DNA of 64,000 nucleotides from Rhodospirillales bacterium (GCA_023145215.1 JAGLED010000010.1:13808-77807); one strand, 5' to 3'. Numbered from the stretch's first letter, positions 9,453-19,148 are shown. Program-made: numbers and translations. Notes: generated from the sequence alone by a model not told the origin.

Positions 9453-11885
9453 ATGGCGGACGACGACGACATAACCGCAGAAGGATACCCCGTTCCCGGC
9501 CCGGGTGTAACGGCATGGCTTGCGGGTGTCATTGGCACACCGCGCCAATCGCAGGCGAACACGCCACCGCCGTTGCCCATCGGTTACGGACCGGAACGTC
9601 AAGCCCGGCGCGTCGAGATACACCTCCCGGAGGAGGTTGTGGTCGCTGAGGGCGGCACCCTGCAAAGAATCGAAATTCGCGGTTTGCCGATCGGTGTGTC
9701 CCTGACTGCCGGCTCGGCGATGAAAGACGGCTTCTGGCAGTTGGACCCAGCCGATCTTTATGGGATCGCCGCATTGGTCCCCGACGGAATCGATATGCCG
9801 TTTTCTGTGATGCTCAAGGGTGTCTTCATCGGCGACGATCCGGAGACGCCTTGGACAGAGCTGACGGGCTACGAATTCACTGATGACGGGGAGACCCGGG
9901 TATCGACGGAACGGCCCTCTGAACCTAAGCCCCAGCCCGAACCCGAGTCCCAACCTACATCCGAGCCCGAGCCAGAAATCTCATCCGAACCAGAGCGTGT
10001 GGCCGCACAAGACCCGGAACCGATCTCCGGTCCGGACGAGGAATTGGTATCGGAACCTGAACCGATATCAGACCCCGAACCAGAAGCCGACTTGTCGCCG
10101 ACAATGGTGGTGATCGACCTGGATGTCTCGGTAGGGACCGAAGATCCGAATGTATTGGAAGATATCACACTGCATTTCTCAGGCCTGCCTGCAGGCGCCA
10201 TCCTGACGGCCGGCGATGTAGACGGTGCAGTCTGGTCGGTGCCTGCGTCGGCGCTTTCGGATCTCGCGGTCGTCATCCCAGAGCAGACCCCGGACTTCGA
10301 GCTCGAGGTCGAAATGGAGATCGCCGGTGCATCGCCGCAGTCGGCGACCATTCAGGTCGACAATACACCCCAGCCCGTCGACCCCGATTCTGCGTTCCGG
10401 GTCAATCTGGCGGGCGGTGGCGCCGGACGGACGCGGGTTAGCGTCTACACCGACGGCGTGGCGGCGTATGACCGGGTCGTCAACTGGTCGGCGGCACCGG
10501 GAGGCATGTTGTCGCTGCTGGTGCCGTATACTGAGAGCGGCCTGCCGTTCGAAATCCTCATGCGTTACGATGCGCTGTCGCCGGACGTGAGCCCGCCAGT
10601 GCTGCAGGAGATCGAGATCGACGGCACGGTTGTTTCGCCGATGTCACCGGCGATTTCAGCAAATGGCTCGGCGACGGATGAAGGTCTGTTGTGGAGCGGA
10701 GATCTGGTCGTCGATGTGCGGGGCGCGATGAAGCCACCGCCACCCGATCTTGGTTCCGGGTCCGAGGGGGGCGACGAAGCGGCCATACGCGCCCATGTGC
10801 CATCGGAAATGGTGGAGCCGACTGCGGCGCTCGACGCGAACGAAGATGCTTTCGCTTTGCCTGATCAAACCGAACGGATACTGCCGCCGGAGACCTCTCC
10901 TGCGCCGGAAACCGACGCATCACCGTTGGACGATGTCACCGACGAGAGCGAGAGCGACATTGATGATGCGGCAGTCGAGACTCCGCCGGATACGTCGGAC
11001 GACGATATAAACGAGGACGGCGACGTATTAATTGTCGACGCTACGTTCAGCGACCTGCAACGCCCGGCGTTTATCAATGAGCTCCGCAATCTGCGCGATT
11101 TCATCCGGACGCGCCCGGCCGATCACAGCGGCGAGATCTACGATCGGCTCGGGATCGATGTCACCAAGTGGCACGACATGAGCGTCAGGGGGCCGAGCGG
11201 CGCCGAGGTCGACCTGGAGCCGCGCTTGCCGCAGATCGCCCCTAAGGGCGGTATCGACAACACACGCGACCTTGTCCCTGTAGAGCTCGGCGAACTCGCA
11301 AGCTTCACCGGGCTCGAGGTCCGGTTGACCGGCATGCTGCCCGGCGCTTTGCTGACGCATGGCCGGAACCTTGGTGACGGCGTCTGGCAACTCGCGGCGC
11401 ACGATTGCGACAAGGTGTCTATGTTGCCGCCCATCGGCCCGGCAGGCGCAACAGCTCTTCACGTAGGGTGGTCGTCAAATGGTGCAAAGGATACGTCTTT
11501 TTCACCCAGAAAATCTTTGATTGTCGGGCAATCCCTCGGCCGCCCGGCACAAAGCGGCACCGACATGCCATCTATGTCGCTGGTGCTCGATGCGGAAACG
11601 TTCGATCCGGATGGTCATGGCTCGCTCTCGCTCACGATCGGCGAGATGCCGCCGGGCACGATCCTTTCCAAAGGCACAAACCATGGGGGCGGCGTTTGGA
11701 CCCTCGAAGCCACGACCGGAGAGAGCATCGCGCTCTTTGCCGCGGCGGCGATGGCGCCATTTCAAATCACGCTGACGTGCGTCGCGCTCAACCCGGAAAC
11801 CGGAGACAGCACAGTGGTGTCTCGGGTCCTTGATTCGTCTCCGGGGCAGGGGACACTCCGCGTGCGGACGGAAGCAGCGGCGTAA
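9453..11885 (+). CDS. hypothetical acidic protein with four adhesin-type Ig-like repeats and Pro/Glu-rich linkers
   Basis: Long ORF; AAGAGGA RBS before ATG 9453; four repeats of [IF]xGLPxGxxLxxG...GxW; no signal peptide or TM helix evident. Confidence 0.8.
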   Translation: MADDDDITAEGYPVPGPGVTAWLAGVIGTPRQSQANTPPPLPIGYGPERQARRVEIHLPEEVVVAEGGTLQRIEIRGLPIGVSLTAGSAMKDGFWQLDPADLYGIAALVPDGIDMPFSVMLKGVFIGDDPETPWTELTGYEFTDDGETRVSTERPSEPKPQPEPESQPTSEPEPEISSEPERVAAQDPEPISGPDEELVSEPEPISDPEPEADLSPTMVVIDLDVSVGTEDPNVLEDITLHFSGLPAGAILTAGDVDGAVWSVPASALSDLAVVIPEQTPDFELEVEMEIAGASPQSATIQVDNTPQPVDPDSAFRVNLAGGGAGRTRVSVYTDGVAAYDRVVNWSAAPGGMLSLLVPYTESGLPFEILMRYDALSPDVSPPVLQEIEIDGTVVSPMSPAISANGSATDEGLLWSGDLVVDVRGAMKPPPPDLGSGSEGGDEAAIRAHVPSEMVEPTAALDANEDAFALPDQTERILPPETSPAPETDASPLDDVTDESESDIDDAAVETPPDTSDDDINEDGDVLIVDATFSDLQRPAFINELRNLRDFIRTRPADHSGEIYDRLGIDVTKWHDMSVRGPSGAEVDLEPRLPQIAPKGGIDNTRDLVPVELGELASFTGLEVRLTGMLPGALLTHGRNLGDGVWQLAAHDCDKVSMLPPIGPAGATALHVGWSSNGAKDTSFSPRKSLIVGQSLGRPAQSGTDMPSMSLVLDAETFDPDGHGSLSLTIGEMPPGTILSKGTNHGGGVWTLEATTGESIALFAAAAMAPFQITLTCVALNPETGDSTVVSRVLDSSPGQGTLRVRTEAAA
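9921..10090 (+). repeat. low-complexity (S/P)EPEP coding repeats
   Basis: Imperfect repeats EPKPQPEPES, SEPEPEIS, DPEPIS, SEPEPIS and DPEPEAD. Confidence 0.7.
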
Positions 11886-11900
11886 CGGACTGGACACGGT

Positions 11901-14900
11901 ATGAAGTTCTCGGTCGCTGCACGGATATATACGGTTTTCGCGCTGCTCATTGTGCTCGCCTTCGGAATCGGCGGGTACATTTACATGGACGATCAGCGCA
12001 TCGATGCCCGGGTCGAGAAACTCGTTGAACGGCGTCTTGCCGCGCGTGTCGATATGGCACGCCTTACCGAGCATACCGCCACGATTCAGGACATCGCCGG
12101 CATTATCGACAGTCATGACCGCTGGCCGCCACAGCAAAATCTCGTTGAACTGATCGACGCCGCGATTGCCGGCAGCAAGACCGTGTCCGAGCGGCTGAAA
12201 TTGCAGGTGCCCGTCACCGACACACCGGCATTGAACGATGCAAGGGCGCAGATCGCAAAGGCGCTACGCTCTGAGGATACGTCATTCCTTTCGCCGATGG
12301 CGAAAGAGTACGCCGACGCCGCAAAATCGTTAAGCGACAAAGTGGCCGCGGCGATTATGGCCGAACGGCAACAGCTGGGGCTGGTTGGCAAGATCTCGGA
12401 ACGCAACGCATTGGTGTTCGCAATCTTCGGACTGATCGTGGCGACGGGCGCGATGGCTTATCTCTACCGGAACGTGATCATGCGGTTGATGCGTCTGCAA
12501 TCGAGCATGTCCGCCTTCGTCGAGGGCAGGGATGACGAAATCCCGACCGAAGGCAACGACGAGATTGCAAGTATGGGGCGTGCACTGGACTATCTCGTCA
12601 CGACCCTGAGACGTCGTGAACTCAGGTTGGAAGAGCAACTGCTCTTTCAGCGGACCCTGTTGGATACGATACCCAACCCGGTCTTTTACAAAGACGACAA
12701 TGGCAAATTCACCGGCGCCAATGCGGCTTTCGAAGCCGTGGTTGGTTTGCCGCCCGACGAGGTCGTCGGGAAAACCCCGTTCGACATTGACCGGCCGGAC
12801 CTTGCCGAGCGATACGATCCGCAGGACCGTGCTACCGGTTTCGGCAAAAAGCGCTATTCATACGAGACCGAAAAAGCCTTCGCCGACGGCAAGATGCACC
12901 ACGTGATGATCGAGAAAGCGCACTTCATCAACGCCGATGGTAAATCCAACGGCGTCGCCGGCGTCATGGTCGATATCACGCGACTCAAGGAAGCGGAAAT
13001 GGAACTCCAGGACGCCAAAGAGATTGCGGAATCCGCCAACCAGGCGAAGTCGAGCTTCCTCGCCGCCATGAGCCATGAAATCCGCACGCCGATGAACGGG
13101 GTGACGGGCATGGTGGAACTTCTTGAACAAACGCGCCTGGAGCGCGACCAGAAGCAGATGCTGCGCACTGTCCGGGAGTCCGCCGAATCTTTGCTTCGGA
13201 TCATCGACGATATTCTCGATTTCTCGAAGATCGAGGCCGGACGGATGGATCTGGAACAGGTCCCGGTCTCACTGGCTGAAATCGTCAACGGCGTCGCCGA
13301 GACCCTGGCCCCCAATATTCGCAAACAGGGCAGGGACGTCAGTCTTGTCACGTTCAGCGATCCCGACGTGCCGTCATGGGTCAAAACCGATCCGGTCCGT
13401 CTTCGTCAGGTCCTGATGAACCTGGCGGGCAACGCTGCCAAGTTCACGGAAGCGGGCAAGGTGATGATCAGCGTTCGAAAAGCGGCACCCCGCGACGGCA
13501 CCTCGGGGGTTCTTTTCAAAGTCAGCGACACGGGCATTGGCATATCGAAAGAAAATCAGGAAAAACTGTTTGAAGCCTTTACTCAGGCCGAAGGATCGAT
13601 CACGCGGCGCTTTGGGGGGACGGGGCTCGGTCTCTCGATTTCGCGGCGGCTTGTCGACCTGATGGGGGGGCGGATCGGTGTCGAGAGCGAGCTCGGAAAA
13701 GGCTCGACCTTCTGGTTCGAGCTGCCGCTTGATCCTTGCGAAGCGCCGGCAGACGCAGCGGCCCAAGAACGCCTTCCAAATCTCGACGACATCAGCGTAC
13801 TTGTCTGCGTGCCCGACCCCGAAGAACGCGAGGTCATCGAGCGATATCTCGATCACAACAATGTGCGTCACACCACTGTCGATACGGTCGGCGACATGCT
13901 TGAACGTTCGGCGATGTTCAACGTCGCGGTGATCGATGACTGGCCGGGTAGCGGCGGCACCGCCGACGAACTGGCGTCCGCCATCGTTGATGAAATGTCG
14001 ACACAAAATCCGCCGGGAATCGTACGCCTCAAAAATCAGCCGCCGTCCTCTAAGTCTAAGAAACGTCCCGGCGTAGAACTGCAGCGGCCCTATCGGGAAC
14101 GAACGTTGATCGAACTGATCGGCGTTGCAGCGGGCCGGATTGATCCCGCGGAAATCAGCATATCCAGAAATACCGACGATCGCATGCCGGCGGAAGTGGT
14201 GCCGTCGATCGACGACGCGCGCGCGGCCGGTCGCCTGATCCTCGCCGTTGAGGACCATCCGGTGAACCGTCAGGTGCTGATGCGGCAATTGCATTCGCTT
14301 GGATATGCCGTCGAGATGGCTGAAGACGGTGCCAAGGCACTCGCCAAATGGCAGGATGGCGGATACGCGTTGGTCCTGACCGATTGTCACATGCCGGAAA
14401 TGGACGGCTTCGAACTAACGGCTGCCATTCGCGCAGCCGAGGAAGCGACCGGCAGGCATACGCCGATCATCGCGGCGACCGCAAACGCCCTGCAGGGTGA
14501 AGCTGAGAACTGCCTGCGCGCCGGGATGGACGGGTATCTCTCTAAACCCGTGAAACTGGATGCGCTAGCGGGCGAGCTTGCCAAATGGCTACCGGGCGGC
14601 AACGTGCCGGCTGAAATGCCGCGGCCGCGAGTGGGCGCATCCACGACTGACGTCAAAGACGACATTCTCGACTTCGGCGTCCTGCGGAGCATCTGTCATG
14701 GAGACGAGGCGATGCTGCTTGAGATGCTTGGCGATTTTCTGGACATCAATCAAAGCGTGATCGACGACCTGCTGAACGCCGTCGAGGCGCGCAAGGGTGA
14801 CGCCATTCGCTCGCATGCTCACAAGCTCAAGGGCTCGGCTGGCACGGCTGGGGCGAAACGTCTTGCCGAAGCCGCCAAGGCAATGGAAAAAACCTTGACG

Positions 14901-14993
14901 GCGGACGATGCCACGAAGATGGCCGCGGTCGCCGACACGGTCAGGACGGAATTCAATGCCGTGCGTGCCAAGATTGAGTCCCTGAAAGGCTAA
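11901..14993 (+). CDS. membrane-bound hybrid sensor histidine kinase (2TM-HAMP-PAS-HisKA-HATPase-REC-REC-Hpt)
   Basis: H-box [13 protein letters not shown] boxes NAAKFT, DTGIG and GGTGLGL, REC LTDCHMP, and Hpt HKLKGSA. Confidence 0.93.
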   Translation: MKFSVAARIYTVFALLIVLAFGIGGYIYMDDQRIDARVEKLVERRLAARVDMARLTEHTATIQDIAGIIDSHDRWPPQQNLVELIDAAIAGSKTVSERLKLQVPVTDTPALNDARAQIAKALRSEDTSFLSPMAKEYADAAKSLSDKVAAAIMAERQQLGLVGKISERNALVFAIFGLIVATGAMAYLYRNVIMRLMRLQSSMSAFVEGRDDEIPTEGNDEIASMGRALDYLVTTLRRRELRLEEQLLFQRTLLDTIPNPVFYKDDNGKFTGANAAFEAVVGLPPDEVVGKTPFDIDRPDLAERYDPQDRATGFGKKRYSYETEKAFADGKMHHVMIEKAHFINADGKSNGVAGVMVDITRLKEAEMELQDAKEIAESANQAKSSFLAAMSHEIRTPMNGVTGMVELLEQTRLERDQKQMLRTVRESAESLLRIIDDILDFSKIEAGRMDLEQVPVSLAEIVNGVAETLAPNIRKQGRDVSLVTFSDPDVPSWVKTDPVRLRQVLMNLAGNAAKFTEAGKVMISVRKAAPRDGTSGVLFKVSDTGIGISKENQEKLFEAFTQAEGSITRRFGGTGLGLSISRRLVDLMGGRIGVESELGKGSTFWFELPLDPCEAPADAAAQERLPNLDDISVLVCVPDPEEREVIERYLDHNNVRHTTVDTVGDMLERSAMFNVAVIDDWPGSGGTADELASAIVDEMSTQNPPGIVRLKNQPPSSKSKKRPGVELQRPYRERTLIELIGVAAGRIDPAEISISRNTDDRMPAEVVPSIDDARAAGRLILAVEDHPVNRQVLMRQLHSLGYAVEMAEDGAKALAKWQDGGYALVLTDCHMPEMDGFELTAAIRAAEEATGRHTPIIAATANALQGEAENCLRAGMDGYLSKPVKLDALAGELAKWLPGGNVPAEMPRPRVGASTTDVKDDILDFGVLRSICHGDEAMLLEMLGDFLDINQSVIDDLLNAVEARKGDAIRSHAHKLKGSAGTAGAKRLAEAAKAMEKTLTADDATKMAAVADTVRTEFNAVRAKIESLKG

Positions 14994-15000
14994 CGTCCCG

Positions 15001-16287
15001 ATGAATACGCGGATTCTATATGTCGAAGATGATGCCTTTGTCGCCCGCATGGCCAAACGCCGGCTTGAGAGCGACGGCTTTGAGGTCACGATCGCCGACG
15101 ACGGCAACACCGGGTTGGACCTCGGAAAGTCAGGGGACTTCGACATCATCCTGCTCGATCACATGCTGCCGGGTATGTCGGGGGTCGAAATATTGAAGCA
15201 ACTTTCGCCCGGAGAGACTCCGGTGGTGATGGTGTCCGGGTCTTCTGAACTGAGCGTCGTCGTCGAGGCGATGCGAATGGGCGCTGCTGATTACGTCATC
15301 AAGGAGACCGATGGAAGTTATCTCGATCTCCTGCCTCGCACCGTGAACCGGGTGCTGGCGCACATGCGCCTTGTCGAAGCCAAGCGTGAAGCGGACGAAC
15401 GGATCGCCAAGCAGGCCGAAATCATTCAAGGCGTGCTCGACAACATGGACCCGGGCATCACGCTCTTCGATCAGAAAATGACGCTCGTCTCCTATAACGA
15501 CCGTTTCATCGAATTGTTCGATCTGCCTCGGGATCTCGTGGTCGAAGGCGTGGGCCTGATGGATATGTTGCAGCACATGGCGAAAAACGACGAATTCAAT
15601 CGCGACAACATGGAAGAGGAAATTGCCGCGCGCTTCGATCTGTTTAGTGCAGGGAAGACATTCCGGATGGATCATCCCCGGCCGAACGGTATCGTCATCG
15701 AGATCCGAGGCGCACCGATGCCGGGCGGCGAGTTCATCGCGTCCTACACCGACATTACCGACCGTAAGAAAATGGAGGAGGACTTGCGCCGCCTGGCAAC
15801 GACGGACCCGTTGACCGGCGTGAACAATCGTCGCCGATATACCGAGATTTCCGAACGCGAACTGACCCGCTGCAAACGCTACCAGCATCCGATTTGTGTG
15901 CTGATGCTCGACGCGGATCACTTCAAGAATGTGAATGATACGTACGGTCACGAAGCCGGAGACCGGGTCTTGAAAGCCCTGGCCAATGCTTGCATCGGTG
16001 AACTGCGCGACGTGGACGTGTTGGGGCGTTTTGGCGGCGAGGAATTCACGGTGACGCTGCCGGAAACTCCGCTGGAAACAGCACTCGAAGCGGCAGAACG
16101 CTTGCGGGCTCGTCTCGCGTCAACGGCTGTCGAACTCGAAGACGGGGAGACCATATCGTTTACCGTCAGCATCGGCGCAAGCTGCCTGAGTGCCCCGGAC
16201 GAGGGCCTCACCGATCTTCTCAACCGCGCCGACGCCGCGCTCTATACCGCCAAGGAAGAGGGCCGCAACCGGGTCGTTGCCAACTGA
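15001..16287 (+). CDS. response-regulator diguanylate cyclase (REC-PAS-GGDEF)
   Basis: REC (VEDD, LLDHMLP), PAS-like domain, DHFKNVNDTYGH, RxxD I-site (RDVD) and an intact GGEEF. Confidence 0.93.
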   Translation: MNTRILYVEDDAFVARMAKRRLESDGFEVTIADDGNTGLDLGKSGDFDIILLDHMLPGMSGVEILKQLSPGETPVVMVSGSSELSVVVEAMRMGAADYVIKETDGSYLDLLPRTVNRVLAHMRLVEAKREADERIAKQAEIIQGVLDNMDPGITLFDQKMTLVSYNDRFIELFDLPRDLVVEGVGLMDMLQHMAKNDEFNRDNMEEEIAARFDLFSAGKTFRMDHPRPNGIVIEIRGAPMPGGEFIASYTDITDRKKMEEDLRRLATTDPLTGVNNRRRYTEISERELTRCKRYQHPICVLMLDADHFKNVNDTYGHEAGDRVLKALANACIGELRDVDVLGRFGGEEFTVTLPETPLETALEAAERLRARLASTAVELEDGETISFTVSIGASCLSAPDEGLTDLLNRADAALYTAKEEGRNRVVAN

Positions 16288-16358
16288 ACCGTTAACACTC
16301 CATTCACTTATAAGGACGTAAATTTATTCGTTATCCAGAAGGGATACGGAGCAACAGT

Positions 16359-16706
16359 ATGTCCATTTTTATCGCCGTAGTCGCGTTTTTCATGGCATTC
16401 GGCGCACTCTGGTTCACCAGCGAAATCGCGCGCCGCCTCGATCTCAAGAACCAGTCGGCAGTGAAGCCGCATATGGGCCCGATGCAGGAATCGCTCCGCC
16501 GTGCCGAACGGCAAATACGCGAACTTACGCTTGGACTGGAAGCCGCCGAACGGAAAATCCGCTCTCTGGACACTCGAAACCGGCCGGTTCGTGACGGTTT
16601 TTCGAATAACCGGGAGGGGGAAGCATCGGCACCTAACGACATATCCGCCCTGGATATCATTCGGGGTGCCGGTCGGTTTTATCCGAGCGATACGCTCAAG
16701 AACTGA
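16359..16706 (+). CDS. hypothetical protein (N-terminal TM helix plus coiled coil)
   Basis: GGAG RBS; hydrophobic N-terminus followed by heptad-like LRRAERQIRELTLGLEAAERKIRSL. Confidence 0.65.
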   Translation: MSIFIAVVAFFMAFGALWFTSEIARRLDLKNQSAVKPHMGPMQESLRRAERQIRELTLGLEAAERKIRSLDTRNRPVRDGFSNNREGEASAPNDISALDIIRGAGRFYPSDTLKN

Positions 16707-16920
16707 CACTCCATTTTTTGCGCCAAAAAGAGTATTTCTATTGGAATGCGACTTTTTTGACATGGGGGGCGGTATTAACCACGAACCCCCCGGAAACATT
16801 GACCCTCAGGGCGTTAATCCATAGAATATTAACCCTGTGTAGTATGTTCTGCTAAGTGTACCCGAGGTGCGCGTGTGGGGCATGCTTGGGTTGGAACTGG
16901 ACGACGAGGGTTTTGGCTAG

Positions 16921-17364
16921 ATGGCCACCGTACCCAAACCGACGGCAGTCGCACCGACCGCGCCCGCGCAAGCGGCGCGAGCGGTTAGTGCGCCTACACG
17001 TGTGGCGTCCGTGTCGACATCGCAGGTCGATGCCCTGAATGCCGGTACCAACATCTCGTTCGACGCAGCGGCGTCCGGATTCCAGAACGAGCAAGGCCGC
17101 TCGACCCTGACCGGCGAGGGGGGCGGGAGCCGCCAGAAATACAGCGACCCTGGTTTCGACCGCTTGTTCACGGCGGACACTCAGGTATTCGCCAAAATCT
17201 TCGAAGATCAGGCACCGCCCGGCACATCGGAAAGTCGTGACAAAGCAGCGGTGCGCCAACTCAGACAGCCCGTTTCGAGCGTGATAAAGACGTATGAGAC
17301 GAATGCGTTGGTCATCTCGGGGCAGCAGCCCATCAACGGCACAACGTTCAGCTTTAATCTCTGA
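16921..17364 (+). CDS. hypothetical protein
   Basis: GAGG RBS; 147-aa ORF filling the gap, co-oriented with its neighbours. Confidence 0.6.
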   Translation: MATVPKPTAVAPTAPAQAARAVSAPTRVASVSTSQVDALNAGTNISFDAAASGFQNEQGRSTLTGEGGGSRQKYSDPGFDRLFTADTQVFAKIFEDQAPPGTSESRDKAAVRQLRQPVSSVIKTYETNALVISGQQPINGTTFSFNL

Positions 17365-17455
17365 TTTCGTGTAAGTGCGCCTTCACGCTGGGCGTGACAG
17401 TCGTCACTTCGGCACCTCGTTCGATTCGGTAATCTCCGGTTAGGAGACGATCGAA

Positions 17456-17779
17456 ATGGCTTTAACCCCCGTACTTACCTCAGCGACTTCCGGACTGCGT
17501 GCGGCATCCACACGCGCCGCAAGTGCCGCCGAGAACATCGTCAACATCAACACGCCCGGCTATGAAGCCACAACCGTCGCACAACGATCGCTGACGAGCG
17601 GTACCAACCCGGGGGGTGCGAACGCGGTCGACGCCCAGGTGATCGGCAGCGGTCTCGCCCCGGACCTCGGTCAGGAGTTTGCCCGACTGATCGAAGCGGA
17701 AAACGTTTATCGTGCGAATGCGGAAGTCCTCTCGACAGCGTCGGAACTTTCCCGCGAAACGCTGAACACGTTCGCCTGA
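17456..17779 (+). CDS. small flagellar basal-body rod/hook-family protein (N- and C-terminal D0 segments only)
   Basis: N-terminal SGLRA...AENIVNINTPGY and C-terminal DLGQEF..LI.AENVYRANAEVL, typical of flagellar rod proteins; AGGAG RBS. Confidence 0.8.
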   Translation: MALTPVLTSATSGLRAASTRAASAAENIVNINTPGYEATTVAQRSLTSGTNPGGANAVDAQVIGSGLAPDLGQEFARLIEAENVYRANAEVLSTASELSRETLNTFA

Positions 17780-17873
17780 TCAATTCAGTCCATCATTCCA
17801 TCGCGTAAAGATTCGGTTTACCATTAACGCATAGTCTGACAGCCGATTACGACTGCCCGGAGTTTTCGTTTCG

Positions 17874-18401
17874 ATGCCCGCTGATGTCAGCAACGCTTTC
17901 GATGTCGCATTCTGGTTCGCCGATACGGCCCTTAACGAGAATGAGTATCTTCAGCCGCAAAAACTGCAGCGGCTGCTGTTCCTGTCGCAAGCCTACTACA
18001 GCATCATTCACAAAGGCCGGAAGCTGATGCCGGCAGTATTCGTCGCCGATGAAATCGGACCGATGGAACCGAACGTGCACATGGCATTTTCACGCGGCCG
18101 TCCGGACATCGATGCTGAGCTTTTTCTGCCGTTCGAGGTCGAGGATTTTCTTTCCGGCATCTGGCGCCGCTTCGGTCACATGTCGATGGAACGACTGGAC
18201 ACGATCACCAAAGAAACGAGTGCTTACAAGAATGCGATCAAGCGCGGACCGCGCGCGGAGATGACGCTGAAAGAAATGAGCGTATCATTCCTTGAGAGCC
18301 GCGAAGCGCCGGCGCCATCGCAAGTCGCGAAGAAGAAAATCTTCCGCACGCAAAGTGGCCGGCCGGTCGAAGTGAAGGCCTGGGTGCCGGGAGCGAAATA
18401 G
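17874..18401 (+). CDS. Panacea (DUF4065/SocA/GepA) domain protein
   Basis: AFDVAFWF...QKLQRLLFLSQAYY...F.A..IGPM resembles the Panacea signature KLQKLLY..Q...AW..GPV. Confidence 0.75.
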   Translation: MPADVSNAFDVAFWFADTALNENEYLQPQKLQRLLFLSQAYYSIIHKGRKLMPAVFVADEIGPMEPNVHMAFSRGRPDIDAELFLPFEVEDFLSGIWRRFGHMSMERLDTITKETSAYKNAIKRGPRAEMTLKEMSVSFLESREAPAPSQVAKKKIFRTQSGRPVEVKAWVPGAK

Positions 18402-18614
18402 ATATTTATCCAACACGAAAAACGAATCGATTTATGTAATCGTGTTGAATGAAAGTGTGTTAGTTTGAAAGTCGATGCATTCGTTGTTTTGTCGAAGTCA
18501 ATACGAAGACGCGTCGAATGCGTAGTAGAGAGGTGAAAACAAAGTTTTAGCGGCGATCAACACATCGATCGCACTTTAAAAGAGTTTTAGGTGTGATGCG
18601 TCACACTTCCGATG

Positions 18615-18623
18615 TTATCCACA
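18615..18623 (+). promoter_or_regulatory. consensus DnaA box TTATCCACA
   Basis: Exact 9/9 match, about 50 nt upstream of the histone-like gene in an AT-rich intergenic region. Confidence 0.55.
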
Positions 18624-18670
18624 AGCTGTTATAGATTTCGGACTTTTTATTGACGGGAGGTTTTATTTTT

Positions 18671-19063
18671 ATGGCGAAAGCAGTGAAGAAGGCAGCGGCT
18701 AAGAAGCCGGCTGCAAAGAAGAAGGCTCCGGCGAAGAAGGCAACCGCCAAGAAGTCGGCAGCCAAGAAAGCTCCGGCGAAGAAAAAAGTAGCCGCTAAGA
18801 AGAAGACGGCGGCGAAAAAGGTGACAGCCAAGAAGAAGGCCCCGGCTAAAAAGAAAGCCCCGGCCAAAAAGAAAACCGCAGCGAAGAAGGCGCCGGCTAA
18901 GAAGGCGGCTGCCAAGAAGAAGGCCCCGGCTAAAAAGAAGGCCCCGGCCAAGAAGAAAGCTCCGGCTAAGAAGAAGGCTCCGGCTAAGAAGGCCGCAGCC
19001 AAGAAGACCGCTGCGAAGAAGAAAGCCCCGGCTAAAAAGAAGGCCCCGGCTAAGAAGAAGTAA
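18671..19063 (+). CDS. histone H1-like Lys/Ala/Pro-rich nucleoid protein
   Basis: GGAGG RBS before ATG 18671; 130 aa composed almost wholly of KKKAPA/KKAAA repeats. Confidence 0.85.
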   Translation: MAKAVKKAAAKKPAAKKKAPAKKATAKKSAAKKAPAKKKVAAKKKTAAKKVTAKKKAPAKKKAPAKKKTAAKKAPAKKAAAKKKAPAKKKAPAKKKAPAKKKAPAKKAAAKKTAAKKKAPAKKKAPAKKK

Positions 19064-19112
19064 TTCGCTCGGCTGATTTCATACCAGTCTGACGTCGAAC
19101 CGCTTTTCGGAA

Positions 19113-19148
19113 AAGCGCCGTCCCCTTGGACGGCGCTTCTTCGTTTTC
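19113..19148 (+). terminator. rho-independent terminator after the histone-like gene
   Basis: AAGCGCCGTCC-CCTT-GGACGGCGCTT stem followed by a T-rich tail. Confidence 0.8.

Noticed and set aside
17823-17849. Sigma-28-like promoter (GCCGATTA) upstream of the Panacea gene
   Set aside because: The -35 TAAA element and spacing fit poorly; the support is too weak.
18402-18670. AT-rich region with a DnaA box as a replication origin
   Set aside because: There is only one perfect box, the region is short, and no origin-associated genes are nearby; a promoter is the simpler reading.
18601-19002. Hydrophobic AGAFFL-repeat ORF on the minus strand
   Set aside because: It is the antisense mirror of the Lys/Ala/Pro repeats; the RBS and terminator support the plus-strand gene.
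18671-19063. Tandem DNA repeats considered as a CRISPR array or VNTR
   Set aside because: The repeats vary at synonymous positions and have no unique spacers, so they are protein-level repeats; no cas genes are present.
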